In this document: positions 52,105 through 61,724 of the stretch, in pieces
How positions within the stretch are numbered: the first letter of the stretch is position 1
How the letters are laid out: each line of letters opens with the position of its first letter
Source of the DNA: Thermoanaerobaculia bacterium
GTDB lineage: Bacteria > Acidobacteriota > Thermoanaerobaculia > UBA5066
Assembly (NCBI GenBank): GCA_963816185.1
Contig: CAWFJJ010000025.1
Span: 544,001 to 608,000, forward strand
Direction of reading: 5' to 3'
DNA: 64,000 nucleotides
Notes under the pieces: model-generated
What the model was told of the DNA's origin: nothing
Database searches by the model: none
The model's input: only the letters and a program-made list of their open reading frames with translations
Translations under genes and position numbers: made by a program

Positions 52105-52467
52105 CTACTTCGGCTCGACGACGAGCGTTCCCGTCATGTCTTCGTGGCCGTCGCCGCAGAAGACGTCGCAGTGGAACGGGAACGTTCCCTCCTTGTCGGG
52201 CGTGAGCGCGACCCGCGTGACGTCCTTCGGGACGATGTCCTTCCGGATCTTGAACGCCGGGAGGTTGAAGCCGTGAACCCGATCCAATGACGTCAGTTCG
52301 AGAACGACGGCTTCACCTTTCTTGACGTGTACCTCGGCGGGCGTGAACGAGAACCTCTTCGCGGAGATCTTCACGACCCGCGGCTCGGCGCCGCGCCCGG
52401 CCGCCGCGGCGGCGAAGACGGCCAGAGCGAGTGCCGCGCGCCCCGCAAGGACGCTGCCGGACCGCAT
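52105..52467 (-). CDS. Exported cupredoxin (CuA/CoxII-like) protein
   Basis: Signal peptide, DRVHGF, FHCDVFCGDGHEDM. Confidence 0.88.
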   Translation of the reverse strand: MRSGSVLAGRAALALAVFAAAAAGRGAEPRVVKISAKRFSFTPAEVHVKKGEAVVLELTSLDRVHGFNLPAFKIRKDIVPKDVTRVALTPDKEGTFPFHCDVFCGDGHEDMTGTLVVEPK

Positions 52468-52469
52468 GG

Positions 52470-53387
52470 TCAACCCACGGCCGCGGCAGGTGTCCGCACC
52501 CATGTCGCCTTGATCGCCTTCTGCTCGAGGCGATATACGCCCTTGCCCGGATAAGCTTCGACGTCGCGCCAGCCGAGGCCGCGATACGGCTGCTTGTCGT
52601 CCCACGGGACCGGAGCCCTCTTTGGGACCGAGCCGGGGGCCGGGAGCGGGAACATCAGAGACGTGGCGGAGTGGTGCTCGATGTGGCCCGTCTTGTGGTG
52701 GTGCTCCTGGTGGATGTGCCCGTAAAAGACGGTCACGTGCGGGAACGGCTGGAGGACCTCGAGCGCGGCGGCGCCGTCTTTCGTGGCCCAATCCCACGAG
52801 GGGTAAAGGTCGAAGAGCGGGCGGTGCGTGAGGATCACGATTGGCTTGTCGGCTTTCCGCTTCGCGAGGTCGCTCTTGAGCCATGCGAGCTGCGCCTCGC
52901 CGATCGCGGCACCCGGATCGGACACGTTGTCGAGGACGGCGAAGTGGACCCCCTTGTGGTCGAACGAATAATGCGTCTCCCCGAAGAGCTCGTGGTACGC
53001 CTCGCCGCGGTCGAGAGAGGCGTCGTGCTCGCCCGGCAGGAACCGCACCGTCTTGGCCTTCAGCTTCCCGGCGATGTCGCGGAACTCCTTCATGCGGTCG
53101 CGCCGCTTCACGCCATCGTCCGTCGTGTGCGTGAGGTCGCCGGTGAAGACGACGAAATCGGGCTGCGCCGACAGCGCGTTCACGGCCTCGATCGCCTTCG
53201 GAAGCGTGCCTTTCGCATCCGGGTTCGGAGGGCCTTCGAAGCCCCAGTGCGTGTCCGAGAGCTGGACGAAGTGGAACTCGTCGGCGGGCTCGGCCAGCGC
53301 GGTTCGCCACAGGCTCGACGCGAAGACGACGCCGCCTCCGAGGCCGGCCAGCTTCAGGAACTCCCGTCGATCGGTTTCGGCTTTCAT
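52470..53387 (-). CDS. Tat-exported calcineurin-like metallophosphoesterase
   Basis: DRREFLK Tat motif; SDTH, TGDL, PGEHD, THRP, GHIH. Confidence 0.9.
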   Translation of the reverse strand: MKAETDRREFLKLAGLGGGVVFASSLWRTALAEPADEFHFVQLSDTHWGFEGPPNPDAKGTLPKAIEAVNALSAQPDFVVFTGDLTHTTDDGVKRRDRMKEFRDIAGKLKAKTVRFLPGEHDASLDRGEAYHELFGETHYSFDHKGVHFAVLDNVSDPGAAIGEAQLAWLKSDLAKRKADKPIVILTHRPLFDLYPSWDWATKDGAAALEVLQPFPHVTVFYGHIHQEHHHKTGHIEHHSATSLMFPLPAPGSVPKRAPVPWDDKQPYRGLGWRDVEAYPGKGVYRLEQKAIKATWVRTPAAAVG

Positions 53388-53407
53388 GGCGCCTTCCTCC
53401 GCCGAGG

Positions 53408-53470
53408 AGACCCGCGCGAGTAGCCGTCTATTCCCGGATGCCGGGAATAAGATGACCCCGCCCGCGGTCT
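53408..53470. promoter_or_regulatory. Back-to-back identical ECF promoters
   Basis: GGGAATA-N16-GGTCT on + (53443-53470) and on - (53435-53408). Confidence 0.8.
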
Positions 53471-53476
53471 GTGGAA

Positions 53477-54019
53477 ATGGAGGGTTCCCTGCGCGAACCG
53501 GAACCGGGGGCGGAATTCGAGGAGCTGATGCTGCCGCTTCTCCCATCCGCCTATAACCTCGCGCGCTGGCTCACGCGCAACGACCACGATGCAGAGGACG
53601 TGGTTCAGGAGGCATTTCTGCGGGCTTATCGGTTCTTCCCTTCGTTCCGCGGCGGCGACGCGCGGGCCTGGCTCCTCGCGATCGTGCGCAACGCTTGCTG
53701 GACGTGGCTTCGCACGAATCGCGCGCGCGAGGACGCGACGGCCCTCGAGGACGCCGAAGAGCCGGCGGACATCGTCGCTTCCGTCGAGGAGGACCTCGTG
53801 CGGCGCGCCGATGGCGCACGGCTGAGGCGGGCGCTCGACGAGCTGCCTGGGGAATTCCGCGAAGTGATCGTGCTCCGCGAGCTCGAGGAGCTCTCGTACC
53901 GGGAGATCGCCGAGGTCGCGGGGGTCCCGGTGGGAACCGTGATGTCGCGCCTCGCGCGGGGGAGGCGGCGCCTCCAGTCGGCGCTCGCCCGGCCGGCCGC
54001 AGCCGAGGTGGCGCCATGA
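53477..54019 (+). CDS. ECF RNA polymerase sigma factor
   Basis: AYNLARWL, DAEDVVQEAFLRA, SYREIA...GTVMSRLARGR. Confidence 0.93.
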   Translation: MEGSLREPEPGAEFEELMLPLLPSAYNLARWLTRNDHDAEDVVQEAFLRAYRFFPSFRGGDARAWLLAIVRNACWTWLRTNRAREDATALEDAEEPADIVASVEEDLVRRADGARLRRALDELPGEFREVIVLRELEELSYREIAEVAGVPVGTVMSRLARGRRRLQSALARPAAAEVAP

Positions 54020-54756
54020 CCTGTCCGTTTCCCCGCGAGAACGCCCACGCCTGGCTCGACGGAGAGCTCTCGGTCGAGGCGACTCTGGAAGCCGAGCGCC
54101 ACGCCCGAGAGTGCGCCTCGTGCGCCGCGGAATACCGGCGTGCGCTCGCCCTGCGGTCGGCGCTCCGGGAGGGCGGGCTCGTCGCCGTTCCTCCGGCCTC
54201 CCTCGAGGCGCGCGTTCGTGCCCGCCTTGCGAAAGAGCGCAGGCCCTCGTGGCGGCGCGGCGTGCCGGAGTGGGCCGCACTCGCCGCAGCGCTCGTCCTC
54301 GGTGCCGCGCTCACGGCCCTCCTCATGCCGCTGCGCGAGTCGATCCGCGCCCGCGGCCTCGACGAGACCCTCGTCGACACCCATGTGCGCGCTCTCATGA
54401 AGGGGCCTCTCATCGAGGTCGTCTCGTCCGACCGTCACACGGTCAAGCCGTGGTTCGCCGGGCGCATCGACCTCTCGCCGAAAGTGAAAGACCTCGCGGA
54501 CCGGGGCTTCCCGCTCTCCGGCGGACGGGTGGACGACCTTTCGGGGCGCCGGGTTGCCGCCCTCGCGTATACGCACGGGCGGCACGAGATCGACCTCTTC
54601 GTCTGGGTCGCGGCGGCGCCCGCTCCGGCCGTGACCACGGCCGTTTTGCGCGGCTACCACGTCGCGCGCTGGACGGAAGGCGATCTCGCCTACGCCGCCG
54701 TGTCCGACATGGACGAGGAGGAGCTGCGCACGTTCGTCGAGCTCATCCGCAACTGA
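54016..54756 (+). CDS. Zinc-finger transmembrane anti-sigma factor
   Basis: HARECASC, TM helix, SSDRHTVKPWF; ATGA overlap with the sigma gene. Confidence 0.88.
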   Translation: MTCPFPRENAHAWLDGELSVEATLEAERHARECASCAAEYRRALALRSALREGGLVAVPPASLEARVRARLAKERRPSWRRGVPEWAALAAALVLGAALTALLMPLRESIRARGLDETLVDTHVRALMKGPLIEVVSSDRHTVKPWFAGRIDLSPKVKDLADRGFPLSGGRVDDLSGRRVAALAYTHGRHEIDLFVWVAAAPAPAVTTAVLRGYHVARWTEGDLAYAAVSDMDEEELRTFVELIRN

Positions 54757-54796
54757 CCTCGAAAGAGGAAGGATTCTTTTCAAAAGGGGAAGATGG

Positions 54797-54823
54797 GAAG
54801 AGAGAGATTCTTAGAAAGGGAAG
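54797..54823 (+). repeat. TTCTTAGAA motif, intergenic
   Basis: GAAGAGAGAGATTCTTAGAAAGGGAAG. Confidence 0.75.
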
Positions 54824-54943
54824 AGGCGGCGGCGCGCAAATCTCAGCGGCGGCGCGGCTGAGAACAGGCGACCGCATCGGACAAGCCGCAGCCGCGGCTC
54901 GGGACCATTCGAAGAATCTTCATCGGCATGTCTAGAATGCAAC

Positions 54944-55741
54944 ATGCCATCCCGCGTGAGGCCGGCGATTCTGTCTGTTCTTCTTCTCACGGCCGCGTCG
55001 GCGGCCGCGCAGCAGGACGTCTCCGGCCGCCGGAGCGCCTCGGGCGTGGAGGAGAGCTACGCCGAGCGTGCGAGCTCGAGCATCCTCCTCGTCTACGACG
55101 GGAGGCGCGTGGAGCCGGGGCTCGAGCGTGTGCTCCTCTCGTCGCTCGAGCAGGCCTACGCCGATCTCGTTCAGGATTTCGGCTCGGGTCCCGTCGAGAA
55201 GATCGTGGTCGTGGTCTACGCCGAGCGCGACTTTCAGGCTTCGACTCAGGCTCCCGCCTGGGCCGACGGCCTCTTCGACGGGAGGGTGCGTGTGCCGGCG
55301 CGCGGCCTCACGGGCGTCACGCCGGAGCTTCTCTCCGTTCTCAAGCACGAGATGACGCACAGCTTCGTCCATTTCCGCGCGAAAGGGCGCGCCCCGACCT
55401 GGCTTCAGGAAGGGCTCGCACAGGTCGAGGAAGGGAAGACGTCCGCACGGTTCGCGTCCGCCCTCGCGGATTCCTATGCCGCGCGCGGCACGTTCCAACT
55501 GCAAGGCCTCGAAGGGGGGTTCACCGGTTTTTCCGCGTCGCAGGCGCGGGGCGGATACGTGATCTCGCTTGCCGCGGCCGAGATGCTGAAAGACACGCGT
55601 GGCTTCGGCGCGCTCGTGCATTTTCTCGACCGCCTGGGTGACGGCGCTCTCGTCGAGGACGCCATGCGCGAGACGCTGCGCGCCGACTACGCGCGGCTCG
55701 AGTCCGACCTCGCGGACTGGCTGAAGAGCCGCGCGCGTTAG
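54944..55741 (+). CDS. Exported peptidase MA-family metallohydrolase
   Basis: Signal peptide, LKHEMTH, PTWLQEGLA. Confidence 0.82.
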   Translation: MPSRVRPAILSVLLLTAASAAAQQDVSGRRSASGVEESYAERASSSILLVYDGRRVEPGLERVLLSSLEQAYADLVQDFGSGPVEKIVVVVYAERDFQASTQAPAWADGLFDGRVRVPARGLTGVTPELLSVLKHEMTHSFVHFRAKGRAPTWLQEGLAQVEEGKTSARFASALADSYAARGTFQLQGLEGGFTGFSASQARGGYVISLAAAEMLKDTRGFGALVHFLDRLGDGALVEDAMRETLRADYARLESDLADWLKSRAR

Positions 55742-57108
55742 GTCGGCGCCGGCGCGGTCGAGACCTCCGGCCGGCGGCGGCGGCCCCGGCGGCGCCTGCG
55801 GGCGGGCGCACGGCCGTCCGGCGCGGGCTGAGAGATCGCGTCCGGCGGGGCCGGTGCCCCGGGAAACGGCGCGGCGAGACGGTGCGAGCCGAGGCCATGC
55901 TCCACGGCTTCTTCCCAGGCCGCGGCGGCCTCGCGGTAGCGGCCGGAAGCGCGCGCATAGAGCGAGAGAAGCGCGACGGTGGCTTCGAGGTACGGTCTCG
56001 CCACGAGACGCCGCGCGCCCGGAGCTGTCGGGGGCGTGCTCGTGAGGCGCCCCAGCGTCTCGAGGACGTGCTTGACGGTCTGCGTGAGATGGTTCGGAAG
56101 AGCCATGCGGACCGCGAGGGGGTTCACGGTGTCCTCGAGGACGAGGAGAATCTCGCCGGGGGCGCCGGACGAGAGAGGCCCGCGGCGCCTCACGGCGTCG
56201 AATACGACCGGCAGGAACATTGCGGAAAGAAGCGTCGCGTCCCCGAGCCTCTCCCCTGCAGACCGCTTCGCATCGATCTCACGCAGAAGCGAGGAGAGAA
56301 GCCCGTCGGCCGATCCCTCGGCCGCGCGCGCGGCGCCGACGCCGCCGAGCTCGGGCAACAGCGCGTCGAGAAGGCCCGCCTCCGACCAGAGGCGATACGT
56401 GTCCTGTCCCCAGCCTCGCCGCAGCGGGTCGAGCAGCTCCTCCGTGACGCGGGGCGCGGCGCTCTTCGTGACCTCGCGGTTGAGCTCGGCGATGGCCCCA
56501 CGCACGTCCTCGGACATCTCGAACGAGAGGCGCGCCGCGAACTCGCAGGCGCGGAGCATCCGGACCGGATCCTCGCGAAACCGGATCATCGGGTCGCCGA
56601 TCGTTCGCACGACGCGCCGTTCGAGGTCCTCGACGCCGCCTACGAAGTCGAGGACGGCGTACGTCGCGATGTCGTAGAAGAGCCCGTTGATCGTGAAGTC
56701 GCGGCGGAGCGCGTCCTCCTCGGGCGATCCGAACGTGTTGTCCGAGCGGATGAGGAGATCGTCGTCCCCTTCCTGGCCCTGCTCGCCCTGCACGGCGTCG
56801 GGCGTCTTGCGGAACGTCGAAACCTCGACGACCTTTCCCCCTTCGAACAGGATGTGCGCGAGCCGGAAGCGCCTCCCGATGACGCGCGAGTTGCGGAACA
56901 GGCGGCGGACTTCCTGAGGGCGCGCATCGGTCCCGACGTCGAAGTCCTTCGGCGTACGGCCCGTCATGAGATCGCGCACCGACCCTCCGACGAGATAGGC
57001 CTTGTAGCCGGAGCGGTGCAGCCGGTACAGGACGCGCAGCGCGTCGGGGTCGATGTAGCCGCGCGATATCGGATGCTCGGCGCGAGGCAGGATGCGGGGA
57101 ATGCTCAT
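55738..57108 (-). CDS. pcnB: Poly(A) polymerase I
   Basis: VGGSVRD, PKDFDV, IGRRFRLAHI PAP signature, RRDFTIN, EDPVRMLRA; alternative start at 57141. Confidence 0.9.
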   Translation of the reverse strand: MSIPRILPRAEHPISRGYIDPDALRVLYRLHRSGYKAYLVGGSVRDLMTGRTPKDFDVGTDARPQEVRRLFRNSRVIGRRFRLAHILFEGGKVVEVSTFRKTPDAVQGEQGQEGDDDLLIRSDNTFGSPEEDALRRDFTINGLFYDIATYAVLDFVGGVEDLERRVVRTIGDPMIRFREDPVRMLRACEFAARLSFEMSEDVRGAIAELNREVTKSAAPRVTEELLDPLRRGWGQDTYRLWSEAGLLDALLPELGGVGAARAAEGSADGLLSSLLREIDAKRSAGERLGDATLLSAMFLPVVFDAVRRRGPLSSGAPGEILLVLEDTVNPLAVRMALPNHLTQTVKHVLETLGRLTSTPPTAPGARRLVARPYLEATVALLSLYARASGRYREAAAAWEEAVEHGLGSHRLAAPFPGAPAPPDAISQPAPDGRAPARRRRRGRRRRPEVSTAPAPT

Positions 57109-57181
57109 CCCGCGGGATGTCGAATCGACATCGAGCTTCATTGTAACTGTTTCGGCGCGGCTGGAAAAATGAAACACTCGG

Positions 57182-59504
57182 ATGGTGTTGAGGCGCTTCC
57201 GCCGGGATGACGACCGGCGCCGCGAGCCGCCGCTCGCTTTCGCCGCGCTCGTCTTGGGCGCCGTCGCCGCCTCCCGGTTCTTCGCGCTCGCGCATTCGCC
57301 GGGCGAGATCGACGAGGCGATCTTCGCGGGCGCCGTGACGCATTTCGACCTGTTCGACCTGTCGCCGCAGGCGCCCGGCTTTCCCGTGTGGATCCTGCTC
57401 GGCCGGGCCCTGCTGCCGTTGTGCGTCACGCCGTTCAACGCGCTCGCGACGGCGTCCACGGTGCTCGCCGCCTGCAGCGTTCCCGCCCTTTACGTCTGGG
57501 GCCGGCGCGTCGTCGGCGGGTGGGCCGCGCTCGCGGGCGTCGTCTTCGCGTTCGCGCTTCCCGTCGTCTGGGTGAACGGGGGGCGCGCGTTCTCCGACAC
57601 GCCCGCCACGGCTCTCTTCCTCGGCGCGCTCGCGTGTCTCGGGACCGCCGAGGAGAGGCGCTCGCCGAACCAGACGCGCTGGCGCGACCTGGTGGCCGCC
57701 CGGCGCGCCCGGCTTCTCGGGCTCGCGGCGGGGCTCCTCGCGGCCGCGGGCTGCGGCGATTCGGCCGCATCTCCTTCTCGCCTTCTTCCCGATCCTCCTC
57801 CTCTCCATGTTGCGGCTCATGGTCCGGCACGACCGGGCCGACGCGGCTTGGACGTTCGGCCTGTCCGCTCTTGCCGGCACCTCCGCGTGGTTCGTCTGGC
57901 TGTTCGCGCAGGCGGGCGGCGCGCCCGGGCTCTTCGCGTCGCTGTCCGAGCGCGCCGAATTTCGCACGCACGCGTTCGCGACCGGCACCGTCGGGTCACT
58001 CCTCGACTCCTTCCTCGTGCGGGACTTTCTCACGTGGCGGCGGGCGCTGGTCGTCCTCGCGGTCGCGGCCACGGGCCTCCTCGCCCTCGCCATCCGCAAA
58101 CGCCGAGGCTTTCTCGATCTCGTCCTCGTCCTCGCCCCGACGTTCTTCTCGCTGTGGTTCCTCCACAGCCGCGCGATGTCCCGCTACTCCGTGCCGTTCG
58201 TCCTCGTCCTCGGCCTCGCGGTGGGGGCGGGGCTCGAGGCGCTCCTCCGGCGCGGCTTCCTCGCGTTCGGCGCGGCCGGTCTCGCCGGGCTCTTCCTGGC
58301 TCGCGAGGCCTGGCCCGAGGTGCGCGCGAGCGCACGGGAGGAGACTCCGCCCATCGCCGCCCTGCGCGACCTCGAACGCTGGGTGCATCCCGGCCGCGAG
58401 ACGATCGTGGCCGATCCGGACTTTCAAGCCTTCCTCAGGACCGAGCGTTGGGAAGGGCGCCTCGTCGTGTGGGGCTACCTGGATCACGAGCTCGTGCAGG
58501 CGCCGCGCCAGATGAACAAGCGCCTCGTGCGCCTTGCCGACTTCACGGACGAAACCGGCCCGCCGACCCTCGTCGATCCTCTTTGGCGCTCTTATGAGAG
58601 AAGCGGACGGGTGGCGGAGGCGCTCGGGAACCGTCGGCTTCTCCACGTCGCCGTGCGCGATCCGGCGCCGCCGCTCTTCGGCGTGGGGTTCGGCGTGAGG
58701 GAGTCGATACCAGGCAAGCCTTCGTTTCGCTGGGCAGGACCCGTCGCGCATCTGTACGTGCCGGCAGATCAAGGCCCGCTCTGCGCCGTGCTGTCGGGCG
58801 AGCGGCCCGAGGACGCCGGCGAGACGACGCTGCGCGTGACGGAAGCGGGCTCGGGACGCCTGCTCCTCGAGCGCCGGATCGCGCCGGGTCCGTTCGACCT
58901 TGCGATCGTGCCTCGCGCGATCTTCGGGCCGATGCCGGGGCCCTCGGAATACGTGCTGTCCTGCGACCGGTCGAAGGACTTGCCTCCGCTCGAGGGCGCG
59001 AAGCGGCCGGCGAAAGGCTGTTTCACGATTCGCGAGGCGACGTACGCCTACGCGCCGGAAGCGCTCTGGACGAAGCAGGAGCCTCGGCTCGTGGCCGACC
59101 TCGGCGCGCCCGACGACGGCCGCTTCGACCCGGAAGGCTTCTTCTCACGCGAGAAAAGCGCGGACACGGGCCTCGATCTCCGTTGGACGACGAACACCGC
59201 TTCGATCGTCTTCTCTCCCGTTCCGGGCTTCACCCCGTCGCGGCTCATCCTGCGCGCGCGCTCCGTCGCGTCGCCCGTCGACGTCGACGTGTCGGTCGGT
59301 GAGGTGCCGGCCGGCTCTGTCCGCGTGGATGTGGGCCTTGCGGAAGTGTCGCTCCCGCTGTCGTCCGACGCCCAGCGTGCTCTCGCGGGCCCCGAGCCCG
59401 TCCGGCTTTGGTTCCACACGCCGACGACCGTTCCGAAGGACGCCGGAAAGGGAGACGACACCCGGGCCCTCGGGATCGGCGTCGACCGGGTCTCGCTGGA
59501 GTAG
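57182..59504 (+). CDS. Polytopic membrane GT-C-like glycosyltransferase with C-terminal soluble domains, with apparent frameshift near 57756
   Basis: EIDE, PQAPGFP, AFSDTPA. The hydrophobic frame continues as IRPHLLLAFF...SRYSVP after one extra base. Confidence 0.7.
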
Positions 59505-59558
59505 ACGGAACGTGTGCTCGCTGACGTGGAGCGGTGGTTCGATCACTTCGCAGGCTTC

Positions 59559-59945
59559 TCAGGCGATGACGGCTCCCCGCTCGAGAAGGAGCTCACGGAG
59601 AATAGACCGATGACAGCGTTCCTCGGAAGGACAGTAGCAGCCTACCGAGAACGACGTGGCGTGAGAGAGAGCGGCGAGAAGATCCAGGACATGCGCTTTG
59701 TCCGGCCGCTTCATCTCGGTGCGATAGCGTCTGCTGAAGGCCCGCCATCGGACAGCGTCGTCTGCCGCCCGGCCCGCCTTGACGAGCTCCTCGCTGGGCG
59801 CCACCTCGGGAAGCCAGATGTCGTAGAAATCGCGGGACGCGAAGTCGGCCTTCGGGACTCCGCGCGGCGGGCGTCGAACCGTTCCGATCCGAAGGCCCTC
59901 GCCCGGGAGCCTTGAACTTCCTAGTCTGACGACGCGAATGGACAT
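59559..59945 (-). CDS. DUF488 family protein
   Basis: RRPPRGVPK, WLPEVAPS, CYC...CHRS; SD AGGAG. Confidence 0.88.
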   Translation of the reverse strand: MSIRVVRLGSSRLPGEGLRIGTVRRPPRGVPKADFASRDFYDIWLPEVAPSEELVKAGRAADDAVRWRAFSRRYRTEMKRPDKAHVLDLLAALSHATSFSVGCYCPSEERCHRSILRELLLERGAVIA

Positions 59946-59987
59946 TCGTATCTCCTGGGGCGGTCTTCCGTGACCGACTCTGAGCAC

Positions 59988-60047
59988 GCCTGACGATAGC
60001 GACCTCGACGGCGGGCGCACGCGATCCCGCTGCATGGGGTGTCAGGG
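59988..60047 (-). mobile_element. Degenerate integron attC site
   Basis: Minus strand CCCTGAC...TGCAGCGG...ATCGTCAGGC; similar to the attC at 61630; the upstream gene's stop lies in R''. Confidence 0.6.
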
Positions 60048-60431
60048 AGGACACGCCTTTTCGAATTGCACACGCAGACCCTGAAACGACAGGCTGTACG
60101 AGTAGCCGCGTGACTCGTCGCGCCGCCAGGAAACGACTCTGTCGCGCCACCCTGGATGTGCCCGCAGGGTACGGTCATAAGCGTTTCTGGCTCGTGACGA
60201 CTCCCTGGGGTAAAGGCAATAACAGCTGTCTGCGGGCGCCAGATGACGCTTGACGCAGTCCGCGACTCTATCCCTTACCGCGTCGATCGCGGTCTTCAGC
60301 ACCGCCGCATCGTGAACGTCGGCAGGCCTCTCCAGTGTGATCGGCGGGGACGGGGTTGCCCCAGCACCGTGCGCCGGTGATCCCGCCGAGCCGGTTGACA
60401 ACAGCAGTACGGTGTAGAGAAGTGGGCTCAT
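60042..60431 (-). CDS. Hypothetical exported Cys-containing protein (cassette gene)
   Basis: Signal-like N-terminus; ORF ends in the attC-like site. Confidence 0.6.
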   Translation of the reverse strand: MSPLLYTVLLLSTGSAGSPAHGAGATPSPPITLERPADVHDAAVLKTAIDAVRDRVADCVKRHLAPADSCYCLYPRESSRARNAYDRTLRAHPGWRDRVVSWRRDESRGYSYSLSFQGLRVQFEKACPP

Positions 60432-60498
60432 GCGTGCCGATCCTCAAGCAGCGAGAGCAGCGGATGCGATGGCGACAATGGAACCTATGGGTCCCATA

Positions 60499-61035
60499 CT
60501 ATCCTCCATCTCCGAGTGTTACAGAGGCACGTTTCGTCCACTGCCACAGGCCGGCGGTCACTGCGGCTGGCAAGCGGAAGCCGATCTGCCTCGCCACCAA
60601 CACGATCTGTCCGCGGTGATGGCCCTCGTGAGCGACGAAGTACGTTAGCAGGTGGCCGACGTCCAGCGGCAGATTCCTCCACACGTAAGCCGGGCTGGCT
60701 GGAACCTTTCCGCCGCAGCCACACCCGAGCCGCAAGAGGTCTTCGATGCCCCGGCTACTCCTGTTCAGTGCCGCGACCAGCTGGCGGCGGCTCACCTTCC
60801 GGCGGTCGACGGCGGACGGAACCGGGATGCCATGGGGCCGGCCGAGGGTCTTGAGCCACATGCAGCGGGCGTTGTGGAGGTGGCCGGCGAGCATGCGAAT
60901 CGTCTTCCGCGGGGCTCCGGGCACCGGGGCCTCCCATACCGCGGTGGGGACGTGCCTGACGAGAAAGACAGTGACCTGATGATTGGTCCGCCAAGCCGCC
61001 AAGATGGTCTCGGTGAGATCGCGAAGGGCGGGCAT
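60499..61035 (-). CDS. DinB family protein
   Basis: GHLHNAR, HEGHHRGQI; SD AGGAG. Confidence 0.88.
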   Translation of the reverse strand: MPALRDLTETILAAWRTNHQVTVFLVRHVPTAVWEAPVPGAPRKTIRMLAGHLHNARCMWLKTLGRPHGIPVPSAVDRRKVSRRQLVAALNRSSRGIEDLLRLGCGCGGKVPASPAYVWRNLPLDVGHLLTYFVAHEGHHRGQIVLVARQIGFRLPAAVTAGLWQWTKRASVTLGDGG

Positions 61036-61071
61036 TTCGGGTCTCTCCTGATATTTCGCGCTGACGCGTAA

Positions 61072-61125
61072 CGCTAACAAGGTCGGCAGCAAGCGTTGCG
61101 AGTCCGCTGCAGCGCGTCGTTAGGC
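61072..61125 (-). mobile_element. Integron attC site
   Basis: Minus strand GCCTAAC GACGC GCTGCAGCGGAC ... GTTAGCG. Confidence 0.75.
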
Positions 61126-61136
61126 AGCGGCCCAAC

Positions 61137-61604
61137 CTACCCGGGGACGCGACGCCAGAGACGAAGCCACCAACGGAAAAGCCGGTGACCAGGATCCACG
61201 GGCTGGCAATACATGAGTGGGCAACCACCCACGATGGGCTCGATGCCGTGCTGCCGACATGCTTCGAGTGCCTCGGACGACACACTGCCAGCCCCGAAAG
61301 ACCTGTGGAACCAGATGCGGCGAATGCCCCGGGCCGCCGCCTCTCGCACGATGGACGCCCCGACAGACGGATGGGTGGCGACAAGGACGCCGTGCAGTTC
61401 GCCCGGGACGGCTGAAAGGGTGGGATAAGCGCGCGCTCCTTCGAGCTCGGACGCGTTGGGATTGACGGGAATGGCTTCATGCCCGCATTGCTGGAGGCGA
61501 CGAAAGATGGCGTTGGCGGGCGCGCGACCCGTACGCGAGACACCAGCGACGACGATGCGTTTACCGGCGAGAAAATCGGCGACGGACGGGGGAAGAGGCT
61601 GCAT
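61137..61604 (-). CDS. CoA-binding protein
   Basis: VVAGVSR, IPVNP, IWFHRSFG, GGCPLMY. Confidence 0.88.
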   Translation of the reverse strand: MQPLPPSVADFLAGKRIVVAGVSRTGRAPANAIFRRLQQCGHEAIPVNPNASELEGARAYPTLSAVPGELHGVLVATHPSVGASIVREAAARGIRRIWFHRSFGAGSVSSEALEACRQHGIEPIVGGCPLMYCQPVDPGHRLFRWWLRLWRRVPG

Positions 61605-61629
61605 GGATGCGATGCCGCACTTATCGGCC

Positions 61630-61709
61630 GCCTAACGATATCGCGCTCAGCGGTGAGAAGGAAGGAGCCCGGTGGCTGACGCCGAGTCCGCTGCAATAAC
61701 GGGTTAGGC
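61630..61709 (-). mobile_element. Integron attC site
   Basis: Minus strand GCCTAAC CCGTT ATTGCAGCGG ... CCGCTGAGC GCGATATC GTTAGGC; perfect R''/R' pair and L boxes with an extrahelical base. Confidence 0.88.
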
Positions 61710-61724
61710 GACGGTTCTCGAACC

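Noticed and set aside
59530-59556. GGTTCGATC T-loop-like sequence as a tRNA or attachment site
   Set aside because: No cloverleaf, acceptor stem or CCA could be built.
60432-60498. attC between the DinB gene and the hypothetical gene
   Set aside because: No RYYYAAC/GTTRRRY pair was found.
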